Part shown: positions 51,721 to 64,000 of the stretch, piece by piece
How the letters are laid out: the number at the start of each line of letters is the position of its first letter
Position numbering within the stretch: the first letter of the stretch is position 1
Assembly: GCA_004022145.1 (NCBI GenBank)
Contig: RCNU01000002.1
Origin: Paecilomyces variotii
Lineage: Eukaryota
DNA length: 64,000 bases
Reading direction: 5' to 3' (one strand)
Program-made: the position numbers and the translations under genes
The notes under the pieces: model-generated
What the model saw: only the letters and a program-made list of their open reading frames with translations
Told to the model about the DNA's origin: nothing
Database searches by the model: none

Positions 51721-52925
51721 TCAGAAAATGACGTCCGCGTCTTGCTGCTCTCCCAAGACATCTGGGGTTGGTCCCAGCTCCCCTTGCGCTTGAACAGCTG
51801 CCTCGACCGTGCCCATTTCTGTGGCGTCAGCCTGGTGTCGCTTAGCAAGCATCTCAGCATCTGCGGCAGCAGTGTCTCGCTGTTTCTTATTCGACACCTT
51901 CTTTAGACGGTAGAACTCTTCTCTGTCGAGTTCATCGAGTTCGGAGTTAATGTCTAGAACCAGTCAGTGACAGCCTATATAGGTTAAGGGCCGAATAGAC
52001 TGACATTTGATCGTATTCTCTGTCCTAGGAATAATAACATGTTCACTGCAGCTGTCAGTACCACACCCAAATACACAATCAATAGAACGGCCATGGAAGT
52101 TCATACATAGCATTTACTATAATTCCAAGTTAGTATATCGTTGGCATTATAAAGGATTGAACGGAGTACATACCTCTTCGGTTCACGACCTTGATGACTT
52201 CGTCGAGGATGATGAAAGCAGTCTGAAGGACAAAGTATTAGATCTATCCTTGTCAACCGGGGACCTCAGAGGACCACATACCTGCAGACTTGCAAGCTCA
52301 ACCAAGGTCTCCACGGCTCTGGCGTAGGTCTCTCGAGACCGCTGAACTTGCTGACCACCCTTTCCAAGACCGGTCAATCCGAAGTCGTTTACGCCCTCCT
52401 CGATGTAGCTTTCGAACTGAGGCAGGAAGACACCCGAGACGTTCTCCTGTTTCGTCCGTACACGGAAGCGGGCTTGTTTGGCCGACTCCTGCACCTGATA
52501 TCCGATGTCTCCACCGACAGCGTACGAAACTTCTGCTAGCGAGAATGCAGCTATCTGCATAACACGTCCCATCTTCCGCTTGGCTTCATCGATGCGTCTG
52601 GTGATATCTAGCAGCGGTCATTAGTGGTCACAATGCGGGGAAACGTTGCGCTGATCGTAGCTTACCGCGGAAACGCCTATGAAGTGAACAAGTCAGCAAT
52701 ATATATTGGTAAACCGCAGGAGAAATTCGTACTTTGTCAAAGCTTCACTCTTCCTTTTGAGTAAGCTGTGGCCAACTTCTGCACCCTTGAGCTTGCTCTT
52801 CATCAACCCCAACGACTGGCGAGTCGGGAAGACTGCCTCGCGGCCCTTGATTACTTGGCGTCAGTGGAATGCCATTCATTCAAGTACTGCCAAATCAATT
52901 AAAGACTCACCACAGCGCCAGACAT
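51721..52925 (-). CDS. vma8: V-type ATPase V1 subunit D, eight exons
   Basis: REAVFPTRQSL, GHSLLKRKSEAL, ELASLQTAF and [40 protein letters not shown] after splicing. Confidence 0.96.
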
Positions 52926-53244
52926 GGCTGATGTGTCAATGGGAACAGCGCAGCGTAAAAGGAGTTTGGAATAAACAACTGGCTGTATCAGCGGCGCATG
53001 ACGATAGGCGATACGGAGCTTGGACCAGCTCGGCGGGCCGTCCTGGGATGCGATAACTCACGTGATGGGATGCGCGACTTCGTCTGCCCGTCAGCAGCAC
53101 TGCAGCCTATCGAGAAAGATCCCCCGCCTCCACGATATACACAGCTTTGCTCCGGGTGCTGACCGTCTGGAGGTCTTCGCTCACTCGAGTGGCGCAATGC
53201 CAGGGACCCTGTTGCCCCCGAGATCGCAGCGGCACCACGCACAA

Positions 53245-55964
53245 ATGGAGCGAACATCAGCTTCCCAGCCGGATCTTTACTTGATCGTGAGTCCCGCGGA
53301 CCTTGACATTAAGACCATGATACTGACTTCTCTTTGTCATAGTCGGATCAGGATATCGTGTATGAGCAGGATCTGCTCCGAGATCCCGGCAGCGTCACAC
53401 CATGGCTGGCTTATATCGAGTTCAAACAGCAGCATGGGACGCTTTACGAGCAGGCGTTCGTAAGTAGGAGATCCCCGCGCTGGCTGAAGCTTTCGACTGA
53501 CAATCAATACCAGGTCATGGAACGCGCTTGCAAACAGCTGCCTAGGTCATACAAGCTGTGGAAGATGGTAATTTCTTTGGCAATCGATTTTCTTTTCGCA
53601 GACAGATCATACTGACTTTTCACAGTACTTGGAATTCAGAGTGAATCATCTTCGAGGAAGAAATGCTGCTATACATCGCTCGGAGTATCAGAAGGTCAAT
53701 GCACTATTCGAAAGGGCTCTTGTTCTGTTGAACAAGATGCCCCGGATATGGGAGATGTATCTCTCCTTTCTCCTACAGCAGCCAATTGTAACGCAGACAC
53801 GCCGCACATTCGACCGAGCGCTTCGTGCTCTACCAGTCACTCAACACAATCGAATCTGGAGGCTGTATAAACCGTTCGCGCGTTCTGCCTCGGGCGAGAC
53901 TGCTGTGAAGATCTACAGTCGATATATGCAGATTCACCCAGAGAACGCGGAGGAATATATCGATCTCCTCATCGAAATGGGCCACTACACCGAAGCTGTG
54001 AAGAGATATATTGAGATTCTCGACAACCCCCGCTTTCAGTCAAAGCAAGGTAAAAGCCACTTTCAGCTGTGGAGTGAAATGGTCGAATTGCTTGTCAACA
54101 AGGCCAAGGAGATCGAAACCGGTGCCCACGTTGGAATCGATGTTGATGGCATCATCCGGAGTGGTATTGAACGATTTGCTGATCAGCGAGGAAGACTCTG
54201 GGCTGGCCTGGCTACCTACTGGATTACCAGGGGAAACTTCGAAAAAGCGCGAGATATCTTCGAAGAGGGTATCACTACCGTCATGACCGTTCGCGACTTC
54301 ACTATGATCTTCGACTCGTATGTGGAGTTTGAGGAATCGGTCATTGGGAATCTCATGGAAGAGGCATCGGTTCGTGCTAGTAAGGGCAAGGTCGATGAAG
54401 ATGCAGATCTCGACCTGGATCTTCGTATGCTGCGGTTTGAACAGCTCATGGACCGAAGACCTTTCTTGGTTAACGACGTCCTCTTGAGACAAAATCCGAA
54501 CAATGTCATCGAATGGGAGAAGCGAGTTGCCTTATGGGGTGACAATAAAGCAGAGGTCGTTCAAACGTACACGAATGCCATTGCTGCGATCAACCCGAAG
54601 AAGGCGCACGGAAAGTTCCACGAACTCTGGGTGAATTATGCCAAGTTCTACGAGAAAGGCGGAGACCTCGATACTGCCAGGATTATCATGGACAAGTCTG
54701 TCAAAGTACCTTTCAAGACGGTGAACGAGCTGGCAGAAACCTGGTGCGAGTGGGCTGAAATGGAGCTACGAAATGAAAACTTCGACAAAGCAGTCGAGAT
54801 CATGGCCAAAGCTACCCAGGCGCCGAAGAAGTCTACCGTGGATTACTTCGACGAGACTCTCTCACCACAGCAACGAGTCCACAAGAGCTGGAAATTGTGG
54901 AGTTTCTATGTTGATCTTGTTGAGAGCGTCGGTACACTAGAAGAGACGAGGAAGATATACGAGCGTATCTTCGAGTTGCGAATCGCTACTCCCCAGACTG
55001 TGGTCAACTATGCCAACCTCTTGGAGGAAAACAAGTATTTTGAAGAATCTTTCAAGGTCTACGAACGCGGTCTCGATCTTTTCAGCTATCCTGTGGCCTT
55101 TGAACTCTGGAATTTGTACTTGACGAAAGCCGTGGATAGGAAGATTTCGATCGAACGTCTACGAGATCTCTTCGAACAGGCTCTGGATGGATGCCCTCCG
55201 AAATTTGCAAAGGTGCTGTATTTGATGTATGGCAACCTTGAAGAAGAGCGTGGTCTCGCAAGACACGCTATGAGAATATATGAGAGGGCTACCCGCGCGG
55301 TTTCCGACGAAGACAGGTTCGAGATGTTCGATTTCTATATCACGAAATCTGCGTCGAACTTCGGGTTGACGTCTACGAGACCGATCTATGAGCGGGCTAT
55401 CGCAGCCCTGCCAGACAAGGAGGCAAAGGACATGTGTCTCAAGTTTGCAGAGATGGAGAGAAGATTGGGAGAGGTCGACCGTGCTCGTGCTATCTATGGC
55501 CACGCTTCCCAATTCTGCGACCCTCGAACAAACGCAGGTTTCTGGCAGAAATGGGAGGCTTTCGAAGTGCAGCACGGAAACGAAGATACTTTCAAGGAGA
55601 TGCTTCGTATCAAGCGAAGTGTGCAAGCCCAGTACAAGTATGTTTACCCTGGAACCATTGTTCTATGGATTGTGTCTAACAGCCGTTTTCTAGCACCGAT
55701 GTCAACTTCATCGCCTCTCAAGCAATTGCCCGCAGTCAGCAGCGAACAGAAGAAGGTATTCCGGAGACAGAAGAAGAGAAGGAACGTGCTGATGCCATGG
55801 CTGCCTTGGAGCGGCAAGCTCGCGCTCCTATCGGCTTTGTGGCTGCAAGCACCGGCCCGGAAGGCGGAAATCGACCCCCGCCCGCTGGACAAGAGCCCCA
55901 GCCTGCTGCTCCTGTCAATCCAGATGCCATCAATCTGGATGAAGACATGGATGCCGAAGACTAA
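53245..55964 (+). CDS. syf1: Pre-mRNA splicing factor Syf1 (XAB2; HAT repeats), multi-exon
   Basis: YEQDLLRDP, ERACKQLPRSYKLW, LLRQNPNNVIEW and HGNEDTFKEMLRIKRSVQAQY; alternative upstream in-frame ATG at 53197. Confidence 0.96.
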
Positions 55965-56526
55965 GGGGGCGATTTCAGACAATATCGTCCTCTTCTTTAT
56001 GACCACCAACGCATCCATCTCTGCGTACTACTACTACATAGTACATCACTCATATAGCCAGCTATACGTCACGCAAGACATCTCATCTACTCACGTATCC
56101 CTTCATTTCCTCAATCAGATACATTACTGAACATACACATGGCGTTTTCATCTCCTTTGTGGACTCTCATCTTTTGTTTTTTTCGACTGGAAATCTCTCC
56201 GATCAGATTGATCCTAACTCCCACTCAGTTGCTCTGATGTACTCAATAACCCCATTCGGTCCCGTTGTGGATATGTATCGCTGCAATATACCATGAACGC
56301 TATATTGCCGTTCTTGAAGCCGTTTCATTACGTTCCTTAGTTTCTTCTGTTTGCCCTAGACTGTAAAGCAATTCAATTGGAGGTCCCCATGATATAGCTA
56401 GATAGCTATTAAATAGTTGTATTTCGTCAAGTGATTTAAATGTTGGTTAAATGCTGCTCCAGTTATGTTTTCAAGTCACAGGGAGTGCATATCAACATGC
56501 GAGACCCACAATAACTCTAGATCAGC

Positions 56527-59500
56527 CTATTTAACCAAGCTCGTTCTCAACTTCTCAACGTTACTCTTCAACTGTTTCGGCTGCATCGTCCAGTCTTCCG
56601 TCTTGATAAGTGAAGAACCTGTTTCCATAAACAAGTAATCTGCAACGGAGGCACGGATCTACAATACATCCGTTAGCTACAGGGACTTGCTTGGTGTGCC
56701 GGGTAGACGTATACGCTGCGTACCTTAGGGTATGGATGAAGTAGCATGCTTGTTAACTTCTTCATGACATCGGTCTTAAGATGCTCCATTCTCGACAATG
56801 ACGCGTACACCTTGATGGCTGCTTCTAGTCTTGCCATGTTTGAGGATTTGTAGTGTGCTTTTTGGACGAAGAAGAACACCTTGCGGAAACTGTAAAAAAT
56901 AAAAATAACTCGTTAGAAGTCTACCAAGAATAATGAAGGCTAGTCTCTCGAGGGGAGGACTTACATGGGTTCTGAATCGGTCGAAGTGGAGGTGACACTG
57001 GTATCTAGCAAGAAGCTCAGCATGTCCATGGCTGGAATCGCGTAGCGGTCATCTTCAAGATTGCTCTCAAGGACGAGCTGAGACTCTCTGATCAACTGTG
57101 CAACGACGGCTTCTCGTCGTTGCTTATCTTGGTCATTGATATACTCAATTAGCGCGGATCGCGAAGATCGAATCAGGTTTTCTGTTCCGGCACTTGCGGA
57201 GGTAACAAGGCCTTGGATAAGTGGTAAACGGAGCCAATCGACTTTCAGCAATTCTAGAAGTTGGCGGAAATAGTCAGGCGATGATACTAAGCTGAAATGC
57301 TCGTATTCTCTGTTTTAAAAGGGAAGATTAGTCTATGTGCTAGTTGACGATTGTGAATAGGTGGCCTACCTCTCCAAGGGTGGGAAGTCTTTCTGTGATT
57401 TCCAGAACTTTTGTAAACTCAGCCATGCTTGTAGGCGCACTTTATCTAACTTTTCTGCCGAGAGACGACAAAGGCAACCAACTAGGCGTTCAACGTATGC
57501 TGGTCTTGTCTCCTGGGCAGGTAATCTCTCGAAGATAATGTCTGCAGCTTGTATAGCCTCTATTCGGACGAAAGAACCGACGTCTCCACGTCGGTCAGTC
57601 GTATAGTCGGTCAAGAAACGGACAATATGATCCACAATTTGATCCGTGACATCTGAGTCGTATTAGTCTGATTTATATATGTACCTATGATAGTACTCCA
57701 TTGACATACCTATTTCCGGCAAGACACCGACGGACAGACACTTTACAGCGGAGACTCGTTTCTCGATAAGCTCTTCCTCGCTCGTGCAACGTAGTAGCTC
57801 TTCAACGATTATCTTTCTTCCATTGCTGTCCACTGGAAGCCGCTGGAATACTGCTCCAAGAGCTGCAATCTGACCTCGACCAGTGGCGGACTTCCAGCAT
57901 GCGTGAATATTGGCGAACCAGCCCTGTACCGTTTCTTCTTGCCTTTCTAATGGCAACAGAGCGAACAAGGCTGAAGCTGCTTCAGATGAGGCTTCAATAG
58001 CGACGTCTTCTCCTCTGAAGATGCATAGCAAAAGCACGTCGAGAGCCTTTTCAAGAAGTGCATCTGATGGCCGAGGACAACCAGGGGTGCCTTTATCAGA
58101 GAATGTGGACCGGGAAAGAGCAGAGATCAAGCGTGAAGACGCCTCAGCGCTGAGTTCTGGCCGTGACGCTTGGAGTGTTAGATCTTCCTTGCTTGGCCCA
58201 TATGGAGAATCGAATATCCGCCACAGGCCCGAGATCTCACTGGCTACATCAGATGCTTGCACTTTTCCATCTACAGCATCCTCACCTCCCCTGTAGCCGA
58301 TAAAAGCGTCGATCGTGGCAGCAATCGACAGGAGACACCCGTGTCTCGTTTCAATGTCTCGCCGTGGAAGAGTGGATAACGTTTTATGCAGGCGGCGGAG
58401 AACAGCTTGTATAGTTTCGTAGGAGCCTTGGAGGCTCAACTCTCCTATAGCCGTCGCCGCCAGTCTGCGAGATTCCACATCGGGCGACCCAATTCCTCGC
58501 CAATGCATCAGTGAGTACACGAGAGGACTCCAGTAGAGCTTGTCTAGAGATGCTGCTCCTTTGGAAACGTCGATCATTGCTCTTGAACGTCGTGCAACTG
58601 CATGGTAGTCTACCACCTGTACAAGTGGAATTCCCTCATGAATGGTATTAGGATGACGGCCTACCAGTTCTTGTAGAGCAGCAGAAGCCCCTCGTCTGAT
58701 ATTACCGGAAGGATCAATGCAGGCAGCGCATATGAGTTCCACAGCAAGCATTTGTATCACGCTAGACTCTTCTTGGTCCGTCGGTGCCTTGATCGAACTT
58801 GTATCCAAAGCCAACAGCTCCGCGGTGCTGTATTTGCGAGACAAAGCCCAGATACCAAAACATGAGGCATCTCGTACTCCGGTACCCACAGAGCTTCCTG
58901 TGGAGGATCTCTGCTCGAAGCCCAGTCCGGACATAAGAGATTGGAGAACTTCAGGAAGCTGACGAGTCGGGGGCGCCCTGCGGAAAAGAAGATGAGCGAG
59001 TGTCAACACCAAACCCTGCCATCTCTGAGCATCAACTGCGCTCAAGTTTCGTTTTAATTTCTTGCTGTCAAGTCCATGCGCTTCGAACGGTGCAATAAGG
59101 GTACCGTCCTCTTTCTCGTAGAGAATATCCTCCTCTAATGAGCCAATAACAGCCTCGATAATCTCAGCAGCCATATCTGGCTCCAATTTCAGAGTGACAA
59201 CACTGAGAGCTTTGCTTGCTGCAAAGCGTATCGGAGTATCCTTATCTGCGAGAGCCCTAAGGAAGTAGTCGATAGCATCTTCCAGGATGGAGGAGACTTT
59301 ATCTTCCGGAAACTGCCATTGAGCCCTTTCATCCAATGATAAAACCAATACCGTCACAGTGCGAAGGATCTTGATTATCATTTTCCTTGCCAAAGCAGAG
59401 GATCTGATCGATTCGAAAACGTCCGACTCCTCTTGCGCGATACGAAGCGTTTGGTCAAAAATAGGAATCACCAGAGGAGCGAGATCTTCAACTTGCCCCG

Positions 59501-60487
59501 ATGCGACAAGTCGTGCAAGGAATGACAACGCCCCTATGCATGTATATATAGCAGGAGCCTCGTTGCCTGGCTTTGGTACAACAAGAGAAAATGCCCAATC
59601 TGTAAGTTGTCGCAGTAGCTGCAAGCGCTGCATATCGGGACGCAAGGCTAATCTGGCCATGACTGCTGTCGCCGCTTCTCTCTCTTTCGATGAAGCAACA
59701 ACATATTTCAGAGAGACAGATAGCACAGATGCAGATATTCTGGGAATATCTGGAGACAACTGTCCTAGTACAGCCAGATTGTCATGCGGAATGGGAATGT
59801 CATCAGACGACACGGATGCCAAGTCGAAAGGGCAAAGCAGAAGATGTGATAGCCATGTCAACATGACATATCTCTCCTCCCAAATGAGAGGCTGAATACC
59901 GCCCTTGGTGGAAGTCTCCATGGGGTCATCTCCTACAACCGCATCCCATTCGATGAACGCCCGCAGCATAACTTCGAGATATTTCGGCTCATTGTTCAAG
60001 AATCGACTGATAACTTTGACACCACGAACTTTGCAAAAGACGTATAGGATCTTACAAATAGCCCTAGGCAATGGATACAACGTACCAACTTGCTGCGGCG
60101 AATGAGCTGGCCTTTCAGCGTACTGCCCACGATGCCTGACCAGATACGCCAAGAAGGCGTCGATTAAAGGAGGCAAGAACCTCTGTAAATGCGGATCCAG
60201 AAGCTGAGGCCATTCTTGGAAATGTTCCAGCTATACACATTGACCATAATTACGGACTTAGATCAGTAAATTGAGTCTATATAGATAGAAACAAAGCGGG
60301 AATATCTTACAAGGCTTATGAGTCTCTCGGTCTTGGTGGCCTGGGCCCACCGGTGCGGAACTCTGCTAAGTTGTCCATTCTGCGTCCGCGATTTCCAAAG
60401 CAGAGATGGAAGCTTCGCCTCAAACTCCTTTAGAAGATCTCCAGAGGCCCGCTGGAGCTTGATGTCTCTGTCGTCCGGGGCATCCAT
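56527..60487 (-). CDS. Tubulin-folding cofactor D (TBCD/Alp1/Cin1), multi-exon
   Basis: FQEWPQLLDPHL, KVRGVKVISRFLNNEP, VRDASCFGIWALSR, NIRRGASAALQELVGR and DYTTDRRGDVGSFVRIEA. Confidence 0.95.
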
Positions 60488-61044
60488 GTCTTATTTGCAA
60501 TAAATCTGTGGTTCGGATTTGAAATCGCGGAAGATGTTGTCAACACCAATCAAATCATGTGACAGCCCACTTTGTGTACACTTTACACTGCTATCGACAT
60601 CAAAACGAACTAGCAGCTACAAACCATGATTGACTTATATGTGAAAAGATTTAAGTATCCAATTCTGCGAGTGCATTTAGGTCCTTTTTCTTATGAAACT
60701 TTTGCGCACGTTGACTACTGATAGCAACTAACGCATGCGAGTCAATATATACTTCCACATGTGCTTACGAGGAAACACGCACATTTGTTACTGCGAACCA
60801 TCAGAGCGCTGCCATTATCTGCTACTGCTGCACGATAATTCAAGAACCGGAGTGAACCTCCAATGCGCAGTCCATACATATACTATATAAATGGGCCAAA
60901 TCATAAATGAAGCAGAAATCAGATTGATAGACTCGGTTCTGGGACTTAACAAGAACAAAGACTCAAAACCATCATGATACACTGTTACAACTCATACATC
61001 ACAAATATACTCCTGACACAATTGCCGCGCTCTCCAAATTCCGC

Positions 61045-63002
61045 CTAGAGATCCTCATCTTCAATGCTCGGGACACAATTAACCGAGGAAACTAGCCATC
61101 CTCCTCTGCCCTTTTCTGCCAGTTCGAGCATTGTCTTGCGTATACGTATAACGGTGAGCGCAATCGCCAGGGCATTCCAGACATCCTGCCCATCGTCACC
61201 AAAATCAAACTGGGAAATGAGCTTGCAGAGAGTATCTGACGAAGAGTCAGAAAAGGCCTCAGAGGCGGAATTAAGCGTGATTACGGCAACGATAGGCCCG
61301 CATACCAGAAACCCAGTCATAACCGGGTAGCTGATACTATCTGAATAGGCGAATGATTCTGTTTGCAGTATCTCTTGGTATTCTTCCCCTGTCGAGATTA
61401 ATCTTTTTTCGAGATTTTGTATCGCGGCACGAGTGGTTTCGCCCTTCTTCATGCAATAGATATTATAGATTGGGATTGCAGAATAACAATGGTGCAAGTT
61501 TGCGTCACGCGCAGCCCAATCGATGTATTTCTTGATGGTGCGCTTGATAGCGGGCTCAGGTCGGAGGTTCATCGACATGCGGTCTCTCACTCGACATCCA
61601 AGCGAGAGCAAGTCACCAAGATATTTGATAGCTGGTAGTTATTTTTGTGAGCTTCACATTCTCTACAATAGGCATTGTGGGAACGGCAGGGCTTACCATG
61701 GAATTCGGAACCGTTGAGAGCTTGGATAAGAGGCTCCGGACCATCGTCAACGGCAAAGAGAGACCCGGGCAGTGTCGGGAAGTCAAGGTGCCAGTTGCCA
61801 GGAATAATAGGCTCAAAGCCACGCATAGAAAGCCGGAAGAAGAGGTCCTCCTCTGCTTCAGCCCACGGCCCTGGAGGTAGTTTCACAGCATCAGCCCATC
61901 GTTTGGCCTTCTCGATAGAAAAGTCAAACGAGACCTCGCTCTTCTCATTCTTCCATACCGCATCCTTCTCGCTCCATACACCTTCCTCACTGGGATCATC
62001 CGAGTCTTCAACTTCGAGCTTGACTATGGATTTCCTAAGGCCCCTATTTGAGACTGCAGGGGATGGTCGATATGCTTCATCGTTCGAGTTAGACCTGGTC
62101 TTCTTTGGGCGCCTGGATGTCCTGGAGGAGACTATGCTTTTTTCGTCGTCAGATATAGATACAGGCGTATTATGACGCATATTCCCTTCTGTGAGCTCTC
62201 CTTCGGACCAGTCATCAGCTGTCTCTAGCCATGTACCAGGCACTAAACCTGGCTGACGACCAGTGAGTCTATTACGAGGGGTCTCATAACGATAGTCTCC
62301 GTAAGACTTCATTCCTGCATCCTGCAATGAACTGTTATCCCCATTGCTATTATCAAATCTCAGCGTATGACGTTTTGAAAAGGTGTGATCAGATCCAGTA
62401 TCACGTTTTCGCTTCCTCCTTGTCGTTGGCGAACTGGAAGATTCATCATCTGGCAAAGATCGTTCATGATGGCCTCCCAGAGCTGTGTGTCCATCTTCAC
62501 ATATGCTTTCAGTCTTTACTGGAATATATCCTCTGCTTTCCGTCTCCCCTTTTTTATCCTTGATAGTAGGAGTAAGTAGGCTGTAGCTGCCGTTGTCTGG
62601 GCTAGACTTTCGAGAAACAGATAAGTTGCCATTATCTGCAGCCACAGAGCGTTCGTGTACTGGGGCGATATACTGGATGTTTCCGTCCCCTTTCTGGCTA
62701 GATGTCGCAGGTGTAAACAGCTGTGATGCTGCGCCATCATTTGTCGCTTTGGACTCGGGATCAGCCGTTTCTGAAGTAGCTGTGATGAGACCGTGATATT
62801 TTCCTTCTAGCTCTTCTTCTTCGTCTTCTTTCTTGACATATAACCGCTCTGAAGCTCCAGACGTATCTAGTAGTAGATGATCTTCTGACTCCACAGAGTG
62901 CTGTTGGGTCTCTTTGGATGCTGAGCTGCGTTCCCCAATGTGCCGCCCCCGAGGTGACCACAAAGCTGAGATAACACGATTAAGTTTGGGAAAGCGAAAC
63001 AT
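61045..63002 (-). CDS. Hypothetical protein with a low-complexity N-terminus and globular C-terminus; one intron near 61637-61696
   Basis: 471-aa ORF joined by GTAAGC..CTAAC-like..CAG to a 188-aa ORF; LSMRGFEPIIPGNWHLDFPTLPGSLF and QDVWNALAIAL segments look like a conserved fungal domain. Confidence 0.75.
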
Positions 63003-64000
63003 TTGGTCAGTCAGTCAAAATATTGTCACTGGGATGATGCAAGAAATGCGTGATTCCGGCTGAGTCGCGACTTTGCCAGCAACAATGAATGCGAGGAAGA
63101 GGCGAAATTGTAGAATGAAGAGCTTAGGGAGTTCCGGGTGGGAGGGGCAATGAACTGACTTAACAGGGGGCGGGCAAAGAGAGACTTGGGCTTGAATCAA
63201 AACAAAGCGACGATGGACAAACTAGCTCTGATACCCAAGTTCATTGTTGTTGATAAAGTGGCTGCTCAGCGCTCACTGGAGCTCATTTCCAAATCTGACG
63301 GGCGGGCGCCGCAGCCCGATATGCTCCTCTCAAGATAGAGAGACGATTGCAGAAGAAATATGCGAATTACGATACATCTATTGCACATATTTAAAGAGGA
63401 CTTCGTTTCCGCTGGTGTCTCCTTGAGGTCTCCTATCCCAATCCATGTTTCGTCAGTACCTGAGACGATATCTGACACTTCGAAGTTCAAAATGGCTGAG
63501 TGTAGCTAGAAATTGATCCAAGCGCAAATTTCAAAGAAGAAAACTACCGGCTCAGAGTATTGTGACATAAGCTACAAAAGCTCTTAAACGAGTAGCTGTG
63601 AAGTGATAAGAGATTAGATTTCTTTCGTGAAAATGGAACAGAATTTTTTTTGGAAAAGCAACATTTGAAAGACACCAGCAGAACATATAAAGCATCACGT
63701 TCAGATTCAACCGAGTTGCGCGTGTCGCACCGAAAACAAGATCAGCAGTGAGCCTTGACGGGGACATAGAGGACTCGGACGGCTTTGTGACACTGTACTT
63801 AGCACGGTACCCGAAAATGAGACAGTAGTCCCGAGACCTCGTCCCACCAGGTCAATATAACAGCACCTGCTATCATCGCATTCCATCATTCAACCATACG
63901 TATCCCTATTTCATTGCTTATCACACCAAGAACAGAGATCCACAAGTGAGCATTACTGGGCGAGTGAAAATCAAGTATAGAAGCATTATTATAACGCCTC

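Noticed and set aside
63225-63237. GCTCTGATACCCA resembling the reverse complement of a plant LTR primer-binding site (TGGTATCAGAGC)
   Set aside because: Imperfect match with no adjacent LTR or gag/pol sequence; likely chance.
63707-63889. Short ORFs at the right end of the window
   Set aside because: No motif or consistent exon chain is visible within the window.
1-64000. Transposons, CRISPR arrays, rRNA genes or a secondary-metabolite cluster
   Set aside because: No transposase, reverse transcriptase, terminal repeats, spaced repeat arrays, rRNA or PKS/NRPS signatures were seen by eye.

Overview
Eukaryotic genomic DNA from a filamentous ascomycete. Short GT-AG introns with CTRAC branch points, the gene content and the protein sequences point to a Eurotiomycete (Aspergillus/Paecilomyces-like); this is an inference. 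Most of the window is a gene-dense housekeeping block: 3' part of cytoplasmic dynein heavy chain, a membrane GNAT, Svf1, mitochondrial uL11, an Oca2/Hrk1-type kinase, a SAM mitochondrial carrier, a DUF985 cupin, WDR48, a TilS-like PP-loop protein, a Bud3-like RhoGEF, the Gea-type Arf-GEF, U1A/U2B'', V-ATPase D, Syf1, tubulin cofactor D and one hypothetical protein, plus four tRNA genes (2x Leu-AAG, Gln-TTG, Gly-GCC). Two segments look accessory. (i) About 26.0-28.0 kb, next to tRNA-Gln, holds a convergent pair of three-exon genes that the ORF track shows only as fragments. One encodes a protein with the full motif set of AbiEii/MenT (DUF1814-like) nucleotidyltransferase toxins; the other looks like a catalytically degenerate relative. 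This is the best candidate for an undescribed system. (ii) An intronless Cys-rich F-box gene at 33.4-34.7 kb. Smaller signals include a CxxC-x10-CxxC uORF overlapping the kinase start and an in-frame TAG-interrupted 5' extension of the Arf-GEF gene. All exon structures were derived by hand, and no database searches were run.
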